Assembly: GCA_014905635.1 (NCBI GenBank)
Contig: CM026547.1
Span: 1,302,001-1,366,000 of the forward strand
Reading direction: 5' to 3'
DNA from: Scenedesmus sp. PABB004
Lineage: Eukaryota
DNA length: 64,000 nt
A model generated the notes under the pieces. That model saw only the letters and a program-made list of their open reading frames with translations, was not told the origin of the DNA and ran no database searches. Shown piece by piece: positions 33,309 to 43,738 of the stretch; within the stretch, counting starts at the first letter, position 1, and each line of letters starts with the position of its first letter. A program made the translations under genes and the position numbers.

Positions 33309-35346
33309 ATGGCCTGGAGCACGCAGCAGCAGCAGGCCCTCGCGGGCGGCCGCCCCGGCGGCTGGCGGGCCTGCTCCAGCCTGGCTCGTGGCCAGGGCAA
33401 GCCGGGTGCGGAGCCGCGGGACCCGCAGACGCGCCTGGGCGCGGCGCGGGCGCCGCTGACAGCGGGGCCTTCACGCCCCTGCCGCTCGCCGCGCGCCGCA
33501 GGCCCCCGGTCGCTGGCGCGCCCGTCGGCCGGCCCCAAGCTGCCTGCGGCGGTGAGGCCCGCGCCGCGGCGCGGGGTTGCCCGCGCGCGCCGCGTCGGCG
33601 GAGGCGTGCTCGGGGTGTGCGGGCGGCGTGCGCGCCTCACTCCGCCCCGCGGCGCGCCGCGGCCGCGCAGGCGCCGTCTGGTGGGCCGGGCAGCTCGGCC
33701 AGCGCCCTGCGCGCCACGCTGAAGGAGAGCCTGGTGCTGGACCAGCACCTGCCCTTCGCCGGCACCGCCAACGGCTTTGTGCCCGGCCGCGCCGTGCTGG
33801 AGGTCCCCGGCTGGCGCGAGCGCGTCCAGCCCGCGGCATCCGGCAGCAGCAGCGCCCACGCGCTCAGCCGGCTGCGCATCTTCAGCGGCACGTCCAACCC
33901 GGTGCGCACCGGCGCGCGTCCGCGCCGCGCCGCCGCGCTGCGTCCGCGCTGTGCGCCGGCAGCGCCCACGGCCCCCCGCGCGCAAGCAGCACGCGCCGCC
34001 AGCGCGCGCGGGGCGTCGCGGTGGCCGCCGCCGCCGCCGCCGCCGCGCCGGCCGACGCGCGCGCGCCCGCGCGCCCGCGCGCCCAGGTGCTGTCTGCCGA
34101 GGTCGCGTCGTACCTGGGGCTCGAGCTGGGCAAGATCAAGATCAAGCGCTTTGCCGACGGCGAGATCTACGTCCAGGTCCAGGTGCGCCGGCCAGCACGG
34201 CAGCCGCGCGGGCGCGGGCGCGTGCAGCTCGCACGGCAGCTGGCGCGGGCAGCTGGAGCGGGCAGCTGGCGCCGCTGGTGCCAGCAGCTCGCGCAGGCGA
34301 GCCCGCGGCTGCCCGCCGCGCGCCCGACGCCCCCCAACCCTGCTCGCCCTGCGCCCTCCGCCCGTGCGCCGCGCAGGAGTCGATCCGCGGCTGCGACGTC
34401 TTCCTCATTCAGCCGACCTGCCCCTCGGTGAACGACAACCTCATGGAGCTGCTGGTCACGATCGACGCCTGCCGCCGCGCGAGCGCGCGCAGCATCACGG
34501 CCGTCCTGCCGTACTACGGCTACGCGCGCGCCGACCGCAAGACGCAGGTGCGGCGCGCGGCGCAGCACGGCAGCGGGCAGCGGCGGGCAGCAGCGGCAAC
34601 AGCGGCGGGGAGCAGCGGGGAGCAGCAGCGGGCGCCGCCGCGGCCCGCGCGCCGCCCGCCGCCCGCCGCCCACGCGCCCACGCCGCCCACGCCGCCCGCC
34701 CGCGCAGGGCCGCGAGTCGATCGCGGCCAAGCTGACGGCCAACCTCATCACCGAGGCGGGCGCGGACCGCGTGCTCGCGATGGACCTGCACAGCGGGCAG
34801 TGCGTGGGCTACTTTGACATCCCCGTGGACCACGTGTACGGCGAGACGGTCATCCTCGACTACCTCGCGTCCAAGCGCCTCGCGACGGGCGACCTCGTGG
34901 TCGTGTCGCCCGACGTCGGCGGCGTCGCGCGCGCGCGCGCGTTTGCCAAGAAGCTCAACGACGCGCCGCTCGCGATCATCGACAAGCGCCGCTCCGCGCA
35001 CAACGTGAGCGAGGTGATGCACCTCATTGGCGACGTGCGCGGCAAGGTCGCGGTGCTCGTGGACGACATGATCGACACCGCGGGCACCATCACCAACGCC
35101 GGCCGCGCGCTGCTCGCGGAGGGCGCGCGCGAGGTCTACGCCTGCACCAGCCACGCCGTGTTCAGCCCGCCCGCGATCGAGCGCCTCAGCAGCGGCGTGT
35201 TCAGCGAGGTCATCGTGACAAACACCATCCCCGTGGCGCGCGAGAACGTGTTCCCCCAGCTCACCATCCTCTCGGTCGCTAACCTGCTCGGCGAGACCAT
35301 CTGGCGCGTCTACAACGCGTCCAGCGTGCAGGCGCTGCGCGACTGA
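33309..35346 (+). CDS. PRS: Ribose-phosphate pyrophosphokinase (class I PRPP synthetase), plastid-targeted (5 exons)
   Basis: [92 protein letters not shown]. Confidence 0.97.
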
Positions 35347-36392
35347 GCGGCGCCCCGGCCGCGGCGGCGCCCCGACGCGCGGCGCGGCCGCGCGGCGCGG
35401 CCGCGAGCCGCGGGTGCAGCAACGGCTGCCCGCGCGCCCGGCCGTGCAGGCGCGCGCGCGCGCGCGCGAGAGGGTGCACTACGCTCACGCGCTGCGCGCG
35501 GCGCCGGCGGCGCGCGCGGCGCGCGCGGGCCGGAGCGGCGCGGCGCCAGTGACTGTCGCTGCGGGAGGCTGGGCTGGGGCGGTGGGGGAGGAGGGCGCTC
35601 GTCGTTTGCCGGCGGCTGGGTTCTGGAGCGGAGCGTCTGTTGCGCACGCGCGTGGGGCGCCTGCTGCGCCCGCCCGCTGCGTCCGTGTCTGCCCCTTGTG
35701 CGGCGAGCCCTTAGGCGCGGCTCCCACTTGCGGCGACGGTGGTCGGGCCTGGTTTTTTTGCGGGAGGGCGGGGGAGATTTAGGGAGGCTTGTCTGCCCGC
35801 CTCCCTCGCAGCAGCGATAGCGGGGGCAAGGCCCGCGGCGCGCCCTCGAGCGCCGCGGCCGCGCCGCCCCGCGTGTACTTTGTTTCTCCCGACGGCACGC
35901 TTAGAAACCTCGACGCTCAGAGCCTGCAGGCTGTGGCATTGCAGCGCGGCCGGGCGGGGCTGCGCGCGCGGCCGGGCGGCGGCGCGCTGAGACGCGCGCG
36001 CTGCGCCCGCGCCGCGGCACGGCGCCCCCGCCCCCGCCGCCGCACACGCACTGCTGGGCTGCTGCTGCCCGCCGCGCGCCGCGGCGCCCGCGGGGCCACA
36101 TGAAGTGCTCGCGGGCGCCCGCGCGCGCCGCGGCGCCGCGCGCGGGCGGTAAGCTCATGGCGGAGCGGACTGCCGGTCGCGCGGCTGCCAGACCCCGAGC
36201 CAATCGATCCCGCGGGCAGCAGCAGCTTCGGACGTTGCCCACGCGCCGCCGCCGCGGCTCCAGCTGCTGCTGCTACTCACTACTCGCTCGCGCGCCGCCG
36301 ACCAACCGAACCTCGCGCTGCTGCATCAGCCGGCCCTGCAGCTGCTCGCCGCCCCCCGCCCCAAAAAAACTGCCCCTCCCGCGCGCGCTCGC

Positions 36393-37494
36393 TCAGCGCG
36401 GCGCGGCCACGTGGTGCAGCTCGGGCAGCTGGCCGGCCGCGATCTGCTCCAGCACCGCCTTGGCGGGGTTGGCGCCGACGTGCGCGTCGGCGGGGATCGA
36501 CGGCGCGCTCGCGTCGTGCACGGCGGCGGGGTCGACGTGCCGCAGCTCGTGCGGCGCCGCGACCTCGCTGAGGAAGCCCTCCTTGTCCCACTGCACCGGC
36601 GGGTGGGGGGGGGGGGGGGCGGCGGGCGCCGTCGGCGGGCGCCGCCGGCGGGCGCGCGGCGCGGCGAGCAGCTGCAGGGGCGCGCAGCGCGCGCGCGCGT
36701 GGCGGGGCCGCGCCTTTTGCACGTGCGTGCTGGGGTCGAGCGCGGGCTTGGCCTTGTCGGCGGTCTCCACGTGGTGCAGCTGGGCCACGAGCGGGCTGGC
36801 CTCCAGGTCCTCGTCGCAGTCGCCCGCGCCCGCTGCGGCGCCGACGGCGCCGACCTCGCGCACCACCGCCGCGTGCGCCGCCGCGGCGCGCACCTCCTGG
36901 AGCAGCTCCGCGCGGTTGCTGGGCTGCACGTGCACGTCGGCTGCGGCGCGGCGGAGCGCCGGGCGGAGCGTCGGGCGGAGCGTCGAGCGGAGCGTCGCGC
37001 GGCGCTGGCGACCGCCGCGCGTGCGCGAGGGCAGCGCAGGCGCCGCTGGCTCACGCTCAATCACGGGCTTGGCCTTGTCCACCGTCTCCACGTGCTTCAG
37101 CGGCACGCCTGCGGGCGGCCGCAGCGACAGCAGCGACAGCAGCGCGTCGGCAGCGGCACCAGCGGCGGCGGCACGCAGCGCGTCGCAGCAGCGCCGGCAG
37201 GCCGGCGGCACGCCTTCCCCTGCCATCCGTGCCCTGGCGCGGCCGCCCGGGGTGCCGCTGCTCGGTGCCTCGGTTTCGGAGCTGTCGGAAAGCAGCCCCT
37301 ACAGCCGCACCGGCCTCGATGCCCGCGAGCAGGCCCTCCTTGTCCCACGTCTTGAGGCTCGCATCACTCTCGATGGCTGGCGCGCTGCGGTCCGACGTCT
37401 CCACGTGGCGCAGCGGGCACCCGCCCGGGATGGCCGCGACGACAGCTGCTGCAGCCGCAGGCGCTGCAGCTGCTGCAGCCGCAGGCGTCGCCAT
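36393..37494 (-). CDS. Actobindin-like (beta-thymosin/WH2 repeat) actin-monomer-binding protein, ~220 aa (4 exons)
   Basis: Exons 37494-37311, 37108-37055, 36940-36714, 36590-36393. Repeats: LRHVETSDRSAPAIE, LKHVETVDKAKPVIEPDVHV, LHHVETADKAKPALD, FLSEVAAPHELRHV..HDASAPSIPADAHV, VLEQIAAG..ELHHV. Confidence 0.82.
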
Positions 37495-37915
37495 GTTGTT
37501 GTTCTGTGCGAGCGTGACAGCGGCGTGCACGGGAGAAGCGCACACACGTCGGCCAGCGCCACCTGCGGGCGGCGGCGCGCGACAGCGGCGGGGCGCGTCT
37601 CAGGCTGCCGCGCGGCTCGAGCGCCAGAGGGCGGCGCCGCACAGTCAGAGCCTCCGCTGCACAGCAGAAGCTACCGCGGCCCCACCACGGCTCCCGGCCG
37701 CCACGCACACGCACCGCGCGCCGTCGGCGGCGTACGAACGTTGAACGCGCAGCGCGCGTTCGAGCCGCTCCCTGCCTGCTCGATCCCTGCCTGCAACCCC
37801 TCTAGACGGCGCTGCAGAGGCGCGGGCAGCGGCAGCGGCAGCAGCGCCGTAGGCGGGCGGCGGCAGGGGGGCGGCAGCAGCGGCAGCGGCAGCGAGCGCC
37901 GGCCGCGCCGGTGCC

Positions 37916-38338
37916 ATGCGCAGCGTGGGCAGCGGCGACCTGCGGCGGGCGAGCAGCCGGCTGGTGCTGCAGGTCGGCGGCGACGAGGCCGGCGCGCGGC
38001 GCGGCGGCAAGGCCGCGTCGTGGGTCGCGCGGCACGACTCGCTCTTCGTCGTGCTCGGCCTCGTGGTCTTTCTTAGCCTCTTTGGCGTGGTCTACGTGCA
38101 GCGCTTCATGCTCGAGTCGGTCACGGTCGGCGACCAGCTGCCCTCGGGCGACGCGGCGGCGCGCGCGGCGCTGCGCAGCGGCGCCACGGCGCAGCGCGGC
38201 GGCGCCGCGGCGCAGTCGCCTGGCGGCGGCGCGGCGGCGCAGCGCGGCGCTGGCGCGGCGGATCTGCGCGGCAAGCCGGTCGAACAGCAGCAGCACGCCG
38301 GCGTGGCGGCGCCCTCGCCGCCGCCGCCGCCGCCGTAG
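37916..38338 (+). CDS. Hypothetical single-pass membrane protein, intronless
   Basis: 140-aa ORF with a clear transmembrane helix LFVVLGLVVFLSLFGVVYV; GGTAA follows at 38437. Confidence 0.7.
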   Translation: MRSVGSGDLRRASSRLVLQVGGDEAGARRGGKAASWVARHDSLFVVLGLVVFLSLFGVVYVQRFMLESVTVGDQLPSGDAAARAALRSGATAQRGGAAAQSPGGGAAAQRGAGAADLRGKPVEQQQHAGVAAPSPPPPPP

Positions 38339-38530
38339 CTGCGGCCGGCTGCAGCTGCAGCTGCCGGCGCGGCGCCTGGCGGCGCGCGCGAGCGTGCGCG
38401 CAGCGGCGTGCATGCGCCGGCGCCGCCGCCGGCGGGGGTAACCAGGGCGGGGCGCTCGATTACCGACGCCCGGCCAAGGAATGCAGCGCGGCGCCAGGCA
38501 CAGGCGCCGGCGCGCCGCGGGCCCCGGGGT

Positions 38531-39685
38531 TTAGTCGTCGCCGCACGTGACGTCGTGCACCTGCGCGAGCAGCGTGCGCAGGTCGCGCCCCTCCGCCGCG
38601 GCGGCGTCGATCATCTCCTTCTTCACCAGCACCGCGTCGGCGCCCGACGCGCGCGCCGCGCGCGCGCCCTCCACGTCCTTGACGCCCACGATGCTGACCG
38701 CGCCGAACGGGAGCTCGCCGAGCAGGCCGTGCGCCATGTCGGCGGCAAACCCCGGCACCGCGACGCTGAGGCCGACGCTGAGGTTGATCCCGTAGAAGAC
38801 CACCCCCGCGCGCGACAGGCCCTCCACCTCGCGCGCGTTGACCACCTCGACCGGCGCGTCGAGGCCGAGCGCCGCGCCAAAGCTGCTCATCACGGCGGTG
38901 CCGCGCCCGTTGACCTGCCCGATCACGCCCAGCACCCCCGCCGCGCCGGCCTCCTTGGCCTCGACCAGCTGCAGCGGGTGGATGACCCAGTCACGCGCCA
39001 GCACGGGCGTGCGCCGCGCCGCCTGCACGACGGCGAACAGGTCCTGCGTCCCGCTCGGCGTGTCCTCGCTGTCGAGGCGCACGCACAGCGCATCGGCGCC
39101 GCACGCGATCGCCTGCGTCGCGAGCGCCGCGAGCTGCTGCGGCGTCGTCGACGGGCTGGGCCGCGTGACCTCCACCACGATCACCGCGCGGCCCTGCATC
39201 TGCCCGACCTCCGCGATCATGCGCGAGAGCCGGTACGCGGGGCTGGCGGGGTTGGCCGTCGCGCTGCTCAGCCGCTCCTCAAGGCCCTCCATGCCCAGCT
39301 CCAGCAGCGCCGCCTCGACCTGCTTGCTCTTGCGCTTGATGGTGATCTCGAGGCTGCTCTGGTAGCTCGTGGACGGCGTGTCCTCGTCGTCGGCGGCGCG
39401 GCAGGCCGGCGAGCCGCGCTCGCGCCGCGGCGGGCGCGGCAGCAGCGCCGCCGCCGCGCCGCGCCGGCGCTGCGCCGCGGGGGTGCTGCAGGCCGCGGCG
39501 GGCGCGGCAGCAGCGCTCGGCGGGCGCGGCAGCAGCGCCGCCGCCGCGCCGCGCCGCCGCCGCGCCGCGGGGGTGCAGGCCGCGCGGCAGGTCGAACAAG
39601 CACGAGTCCCTGGGCTGACGACACGGGCCCCTGTGAGGTGCTGCGCGGCCGCGCCGCGGCCCGCGGGCGCCTGCAGCAGCAGCAT
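38531..39685 (-). CDS. Indole-3-glycerol phosphate synthase-like TIM-barrel protein, divergent, probably plastid-targeted
   Basis: SLEITIKRKSKQVE, VIVVEVTRPSPS, GADALCVRLD, DLFAVVQA, PVLARDWVIHPLQLVEAKEAGAAGVL, LGLDAPVEVVN, YGIN, GADAVLV; single ORF. Confidence 0.85.
   Translation of the reverse strand: MLLLQAPAGRGAAAQHLTGARVVSPGTRACSTCRAACTPAARRRRGAAAALLPRPPSAAAAPAAACSTPAAQRRRGAAAALLPRPPRRERGSPACRAADDEDTPSTSYQSSLEITIKRKSKQVEAALLELGMEGLEERLSSATANPASPAYRLSRMIAEVGQMQGRAVIVVEVTRPSPSTTPQQLAALATQAIACGADALCVRLDSEDTPSGTQDLFAVVQAARRTPVLARDWVIHPLQLVEAKEAGAAGVLGVIGQVNGRGTAVMSSFGAALGLDAPVEVVNAREVEGLSRAGVVFYGINLSVGLSVAVPGFAADMAHGLLGELPFGAVSIVGVKDVEGARAARASGADAVLVKKEMIDAAAAEGRDLRTLLAQVHDVTCGDD
39428..39586. 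repeat. In-frame tandem duplication (~90-bp period) in the IGPS-like transit peptide
   Basis: CGGCGGGCGCGGCAGCAGCGCCGCCGCCGCGCCGCGCCG...GGGGGTG occurs twice and encodes AAC(S)TPAA(R/Q)RRRGAAAALLPRPP twice. Confidence 0.85.
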
Positions 39686-39823
39686 CCCGTTGGACGAGGC
39701 AGCGGCAGCGATCGAGCGAGCGACGGCAGCGGTTGAGGTTAAACGCAGCGACCGGGAATGTGCGAGAGCGCCGAGTTTTCCACCTGCCGCACGACGGTCA
39801 GGGCTTGGCTGCGCCGCCGCGTC

Positions 39824-41415
39824 TCACCGGCCTGCGCGCCCGGTGCCGTCCCGCCCCAGGCCCGCCGGCCCGCCCGCCCAGCGCGCCCACTGCTCCACGT
39901 CGGCGCCCTCGCTGAACGCACGGTCGACGTCCGCGAGCACGCGGCCCTCGAGCTGCTTCGTCGCGCGCGCGCGGCGGCGGGCCTCGTAGGCGTCGTAGCC
40001 CTCCGCGCTGCGCAGCGCCTCCACGGTCAGCGGGTTGCCGTGCGCGCTGAGCGTGGCGAGGGACGAGCAGCCGGCGAGCAGGCGCGCTGGCAGCGCGGCG
40101 AGGCGGTTGGCGTCGACCGCGAGCACCTGCAGCCGCGCCAGCGCCGCCGTGGCGTCGGGCAGCGCGCGCAGCGCGTTGCGCGACGCGTTGAGCGCAACGA
40201 GGCCGCTGCAGCGGCCTGCGGACGCGGCGGCGGCGGCGGCGGCGGCGGCAGGCCGCGCGGCGGGGTGTGGCGCGGCCACGGCGCGGCCACACGCGGCCAC
40301 GGCGCCGCGCTCCCACGGGCGACCGGTCACGGCTCGCGCGGCGCACCCAGGCCCTCCGGCAGCGCCTGCAGCGCGTTGTCCTGCAGCTGCAAGATTTCCA
40401 GCCGCGGCAGGCCCTCCAGCGCGCCCTCCTCGATGCTCGCCAGCCGGTTGGCCTCGAGCCCCAGCTGCACGAGCCCGCCCAGCTGCCCCAGGCATGCCGG
40501 CACGACGGTCAGCTGGTTGTGCCCCAGCAGCAGGCTCGTGAGGCCGCTGAGGCCGCTCGCGAGCGCGGGCCAGGGCACGCCGGCGTCGTCCAGGGCGTTG
40601 TGTGTGAGCTTGAGGCTGGCAAGCGTGCCCAGGCCGCAGAGCGAGTCCGGCAGCGCGGCCAGGCAGTTGTGGCTGAAGTCGGCCGCGCGCGGCGCGCCGC
40701 CGATGCCTGCGCGGCGGCGACGGCGCCGGCAGCGTCGCCGGCAGCGGCAGCCGCCGCGCGGCGCTGCGCGGCGCACAGCACAACGCACGCACCCTCGAGC
40801 CACTCGGGCTGCAGCGCGGCCAGCTGCATGTCGCGCAGCGCAATGACGCCCGTCTTGGCCCACGCGGCGCGGCGCTCCGGCAGGCTGAGCCCCGCCGCCG
40901 CCGCCGCGCCGCCCGCGCGCGCGGCCGCCATGCTGGCCAGCTTGTCGGCGAGCACGCTGCCGCCGCCGCCCGCGGCGCCACCCGCGGCGGCCGCCTTGCC
41001 CTTGGCTGCCGCCGCGGCCGCGGCGAGGCGCTGCTGCGCCAGGCTCGGGCGCGGCCCCGCGGGCTGGCCCTGCGGCGCGGCGCGGCCGGGGGGAGGGGTG
41101 GGCGGGCCGAGGCCCTGGCCGCCGGGCCGCGCGGCGGCGCGGGCGGCCCACCTTGACCGGCAGGCCCTGGCTCTGCATCAGCATGACCTTGGCGCCGCTG
41201 CTGAGCTTGCAGGACGCGAGCGTCGCGGCGTCGTCGAGCACCTTGCCCTTGAATATGAGCTTCTGGTGCCGCGCAAACACGCCCGTCGCGGCCTCGAGCT
41301 GCGCCTTCAGCGCCGCCACGGTCGAGCCCGGCGCCGCGGCGACCGCCAGCTCCGTGCCGCCCTGCTTCACGACCAGCTCCAGCGACGCCTCCTCAGCCCC
41401 CTCCGCCGCAGCCAT
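39824..41415 (-). CDS. Ubiquitin-like domain plus leucine-rich repeat protein (4 exons)
   Basis: UBL: STVAALKAQLEAATGVFARHQKLIFKGKVLDD; ERRAAWAKTGVIALRD; several LxxLxLxxNxL repeats; LSAHGNPLTVEALRSAEGYDAYEARRRARATKQL. Confidence 0.9.
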
Positions 41416-42138
41416 GGCGCGCGCTGCGCGGCGGCGGCGGGTGCGGCGGTTGGCTGCCGCAGCAGCAGAGCAGCGGCGGCGCCGTCGTTGGCTGCGGAGG
41501 CGGCTGGGCTGCCAGAGCCACTACCGCGACGGCTAGGAGCGGCCCTTGAGCGGCTGTACGGGCCCACGGCGGCGGCCGAGCAGCAGCGGCCGCCGAGCAG
41601 CGGCGCCGCCCATCCGCTGGCGCCGTCGGCGCTCACCGCTGCCGGCTGTGTTTGCGGAGGTAGCACGTGCCCTGCAGCGATGTTTCACGCTGAACTCCAC
41701 GTCGCCGCACGCACGCGTGGCTGCGGGCTGAGGCGGCGCTGGGGCGGCGGCAGACGCGGCGCGTGCGGCGGCAGGCAGCTGCTGGGCAAGGGCGTCGCTT
41801 GCTGTGTGCGTGCGTGGAATGGGGAAGCTTGCTTAGCGCTACGGGCCGCGCTCGGCGGCACAGAGCCCAGGGCTCAGCGCACACGTTGCAGACCGACGGT
41901 CACGACTCCCCCCCGCCTTCCTCCCGCCCCGCGCTGGGTTGGCCTGGCCGCCGCGCGGCGGCGCAGGCCATGCGAGCGCCCCCGGGCGCGCCGGCGGCGC
42001 GCCCCCGCCGCTCCGCCCCCGCCGCTCCGCTCCCCCGCTCCCCGCGGCTCCCTCGGCCACGCGGCGCGGCTAGGCGCAGCCGCGGGCGCGTGCGCGGGCG
42101 TGCCTGTATGTGTTGGCTGCGTGTCACCCGTGGTCTCT

Positions 42139-43307
42139 CTAGTACATGAATGGAATGAACTTGGCGACCTTGGCGCGGTAGTCGTCGTACAGCTTGCCGT
42201 ACCGCTCCTGCAGCAGCCGCTCCTCAAGGCCCACCTTGCGCTCGAGCACGGCCCACAGCAGCGCCGCCATGGCGAGCCGCGTCTCGTTGCGCGTGATGAC
42301 CGCCAGCCCAAACGCGGCCGCGAGCAGGCCCGCGTACATGGGGTGCCGCATGTAGCTGAACATGCCGGACGTGACGAGCTCGTGCCGCGCGCGCGGCGCG
42401 GGCAGCGGCGAGATGAAGCGCCCGAGGCTCACCACGCCGTACACCCTGGCAGCGCAGCGGCGGCGGCGGCGGCGGCGGCGGCGTGCCGGCGGGTCGGCGG
42501 ACGGCGTGCCAGCAGGTCGGCGCCCGCGCGCGCGCGCTCAAGTGAGCCCGCCGCCCGCTGCCGGCCGCTGGCGGCCGCTGGCGGCCGCTGCTCACATGAA
42601 GACGAGGCCCGACGTGATGAGCAGCGTGGCGAGGATGTCGACCAGGCCCTGCGCGCAGGCGCGGGAGGGCTGGGCCCCCAGCCGCGCGCGGCGCACAGGG
42701 GCGCCCGCTGCTGGCCGCGCGGCCGCGCGCGCCCACCGTGAGCTGGAACGGCGGCAGCAGCACGAGGACCATGACCGCGATCTGCGCGAGCGTCCACGCC
42801 TCGCCGCGCTTGCCAAACTGCGACTGGTCCTGCAGCTCGGTCAGCAGCTCCTGCGCGCGAGGGCGGGCGCGCGGCAGCGGCGGGTGAGGCGCGCGCCCGC
42901 AGCCGGCCGCCGCCGGCGCGTCTGCCGGCGCGTCCGCCGCGGCGACGCGAGCCGCGGGCGCCGCGCCTGCGCGGCCTCCTGGATGTCCGGCAGCGGGTGG
43001 CTGCCCACCACCGCCTGCTCCGCGGCGCTGCCCGGCTCCTCCACGGCGCTGGGCTCAACCACCGAGACCTTGGCCTCGGCGTCCTCGGCGGCGCTGCGCG
43101 GGCAGCAGCGGCGGCGGCGCTCGGCGGCCGCGCGGCGAGCGGGTGCGGGGCCCTGCGCTTGCGTGCCCTGGCTCACCTGGTCGCCCGCCTCACAAGGCGG
43201 CGCCGAGGCGGGGCGCCGAGCCGGCACGCGGCCGGCAGGCGCGGGGCCGGGCGCTGCAGCGCGCGCATCTGCGCGCCCCCACACGGCGCGGCCGCCAGCG
43301 CTGCCAT
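42139..43307 (-). CDS. ICMT/PEMT-family membrane methyltransferase, probably plastid-targeted (5 exons)
   Basis: FGKRGEAWTLAQ, SLGRFISPLPAPR, ELVTSGMFSYMRHPMYAGLL, KVGLEERLLQERYG..YDDYRAKVAKFIPFMY. Confidence 0.88.
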
Positions 43308-43738
43308 GGGCGGCGGGCTGAAGTTCACGGTGACGTCTGATGTCGACGTGCGTAGGGCGCGTGTGGGCGCGGCTGCAGCGGGCGGGGGGCAAGGCCGAGC
43401 GCAGCAGCAGCGCCTCCCGTGCGCTGCAGATCGGGGCAGTTGCGTCCGGGCAGGGACAGGCGACCGGCCAGGGCAAGCGCGCGCCGAAGCGCACGCATGC
43501 GGCGCCGCCGGCCGCCGCGCGCTGCACCCCGCCCCGACGCGACCGCGACCGGCGATCGGCCGGCGGCGGGCCGCTCCCAGCCGCCGCCATCCGAGCCCGC
43601 CCCACTGCATCGTGATCGGGGCTCGCACACAGCGCCGCCGCAGCCCGTGCCGCGGCGCCGAGCGTCGGCGGCGGTTGGCGCCCATCAACCGGCGCGCGCG
43701 CGGCCCTCCTCCCCCCCCCGTTCGCCCGGGACGCGGCC

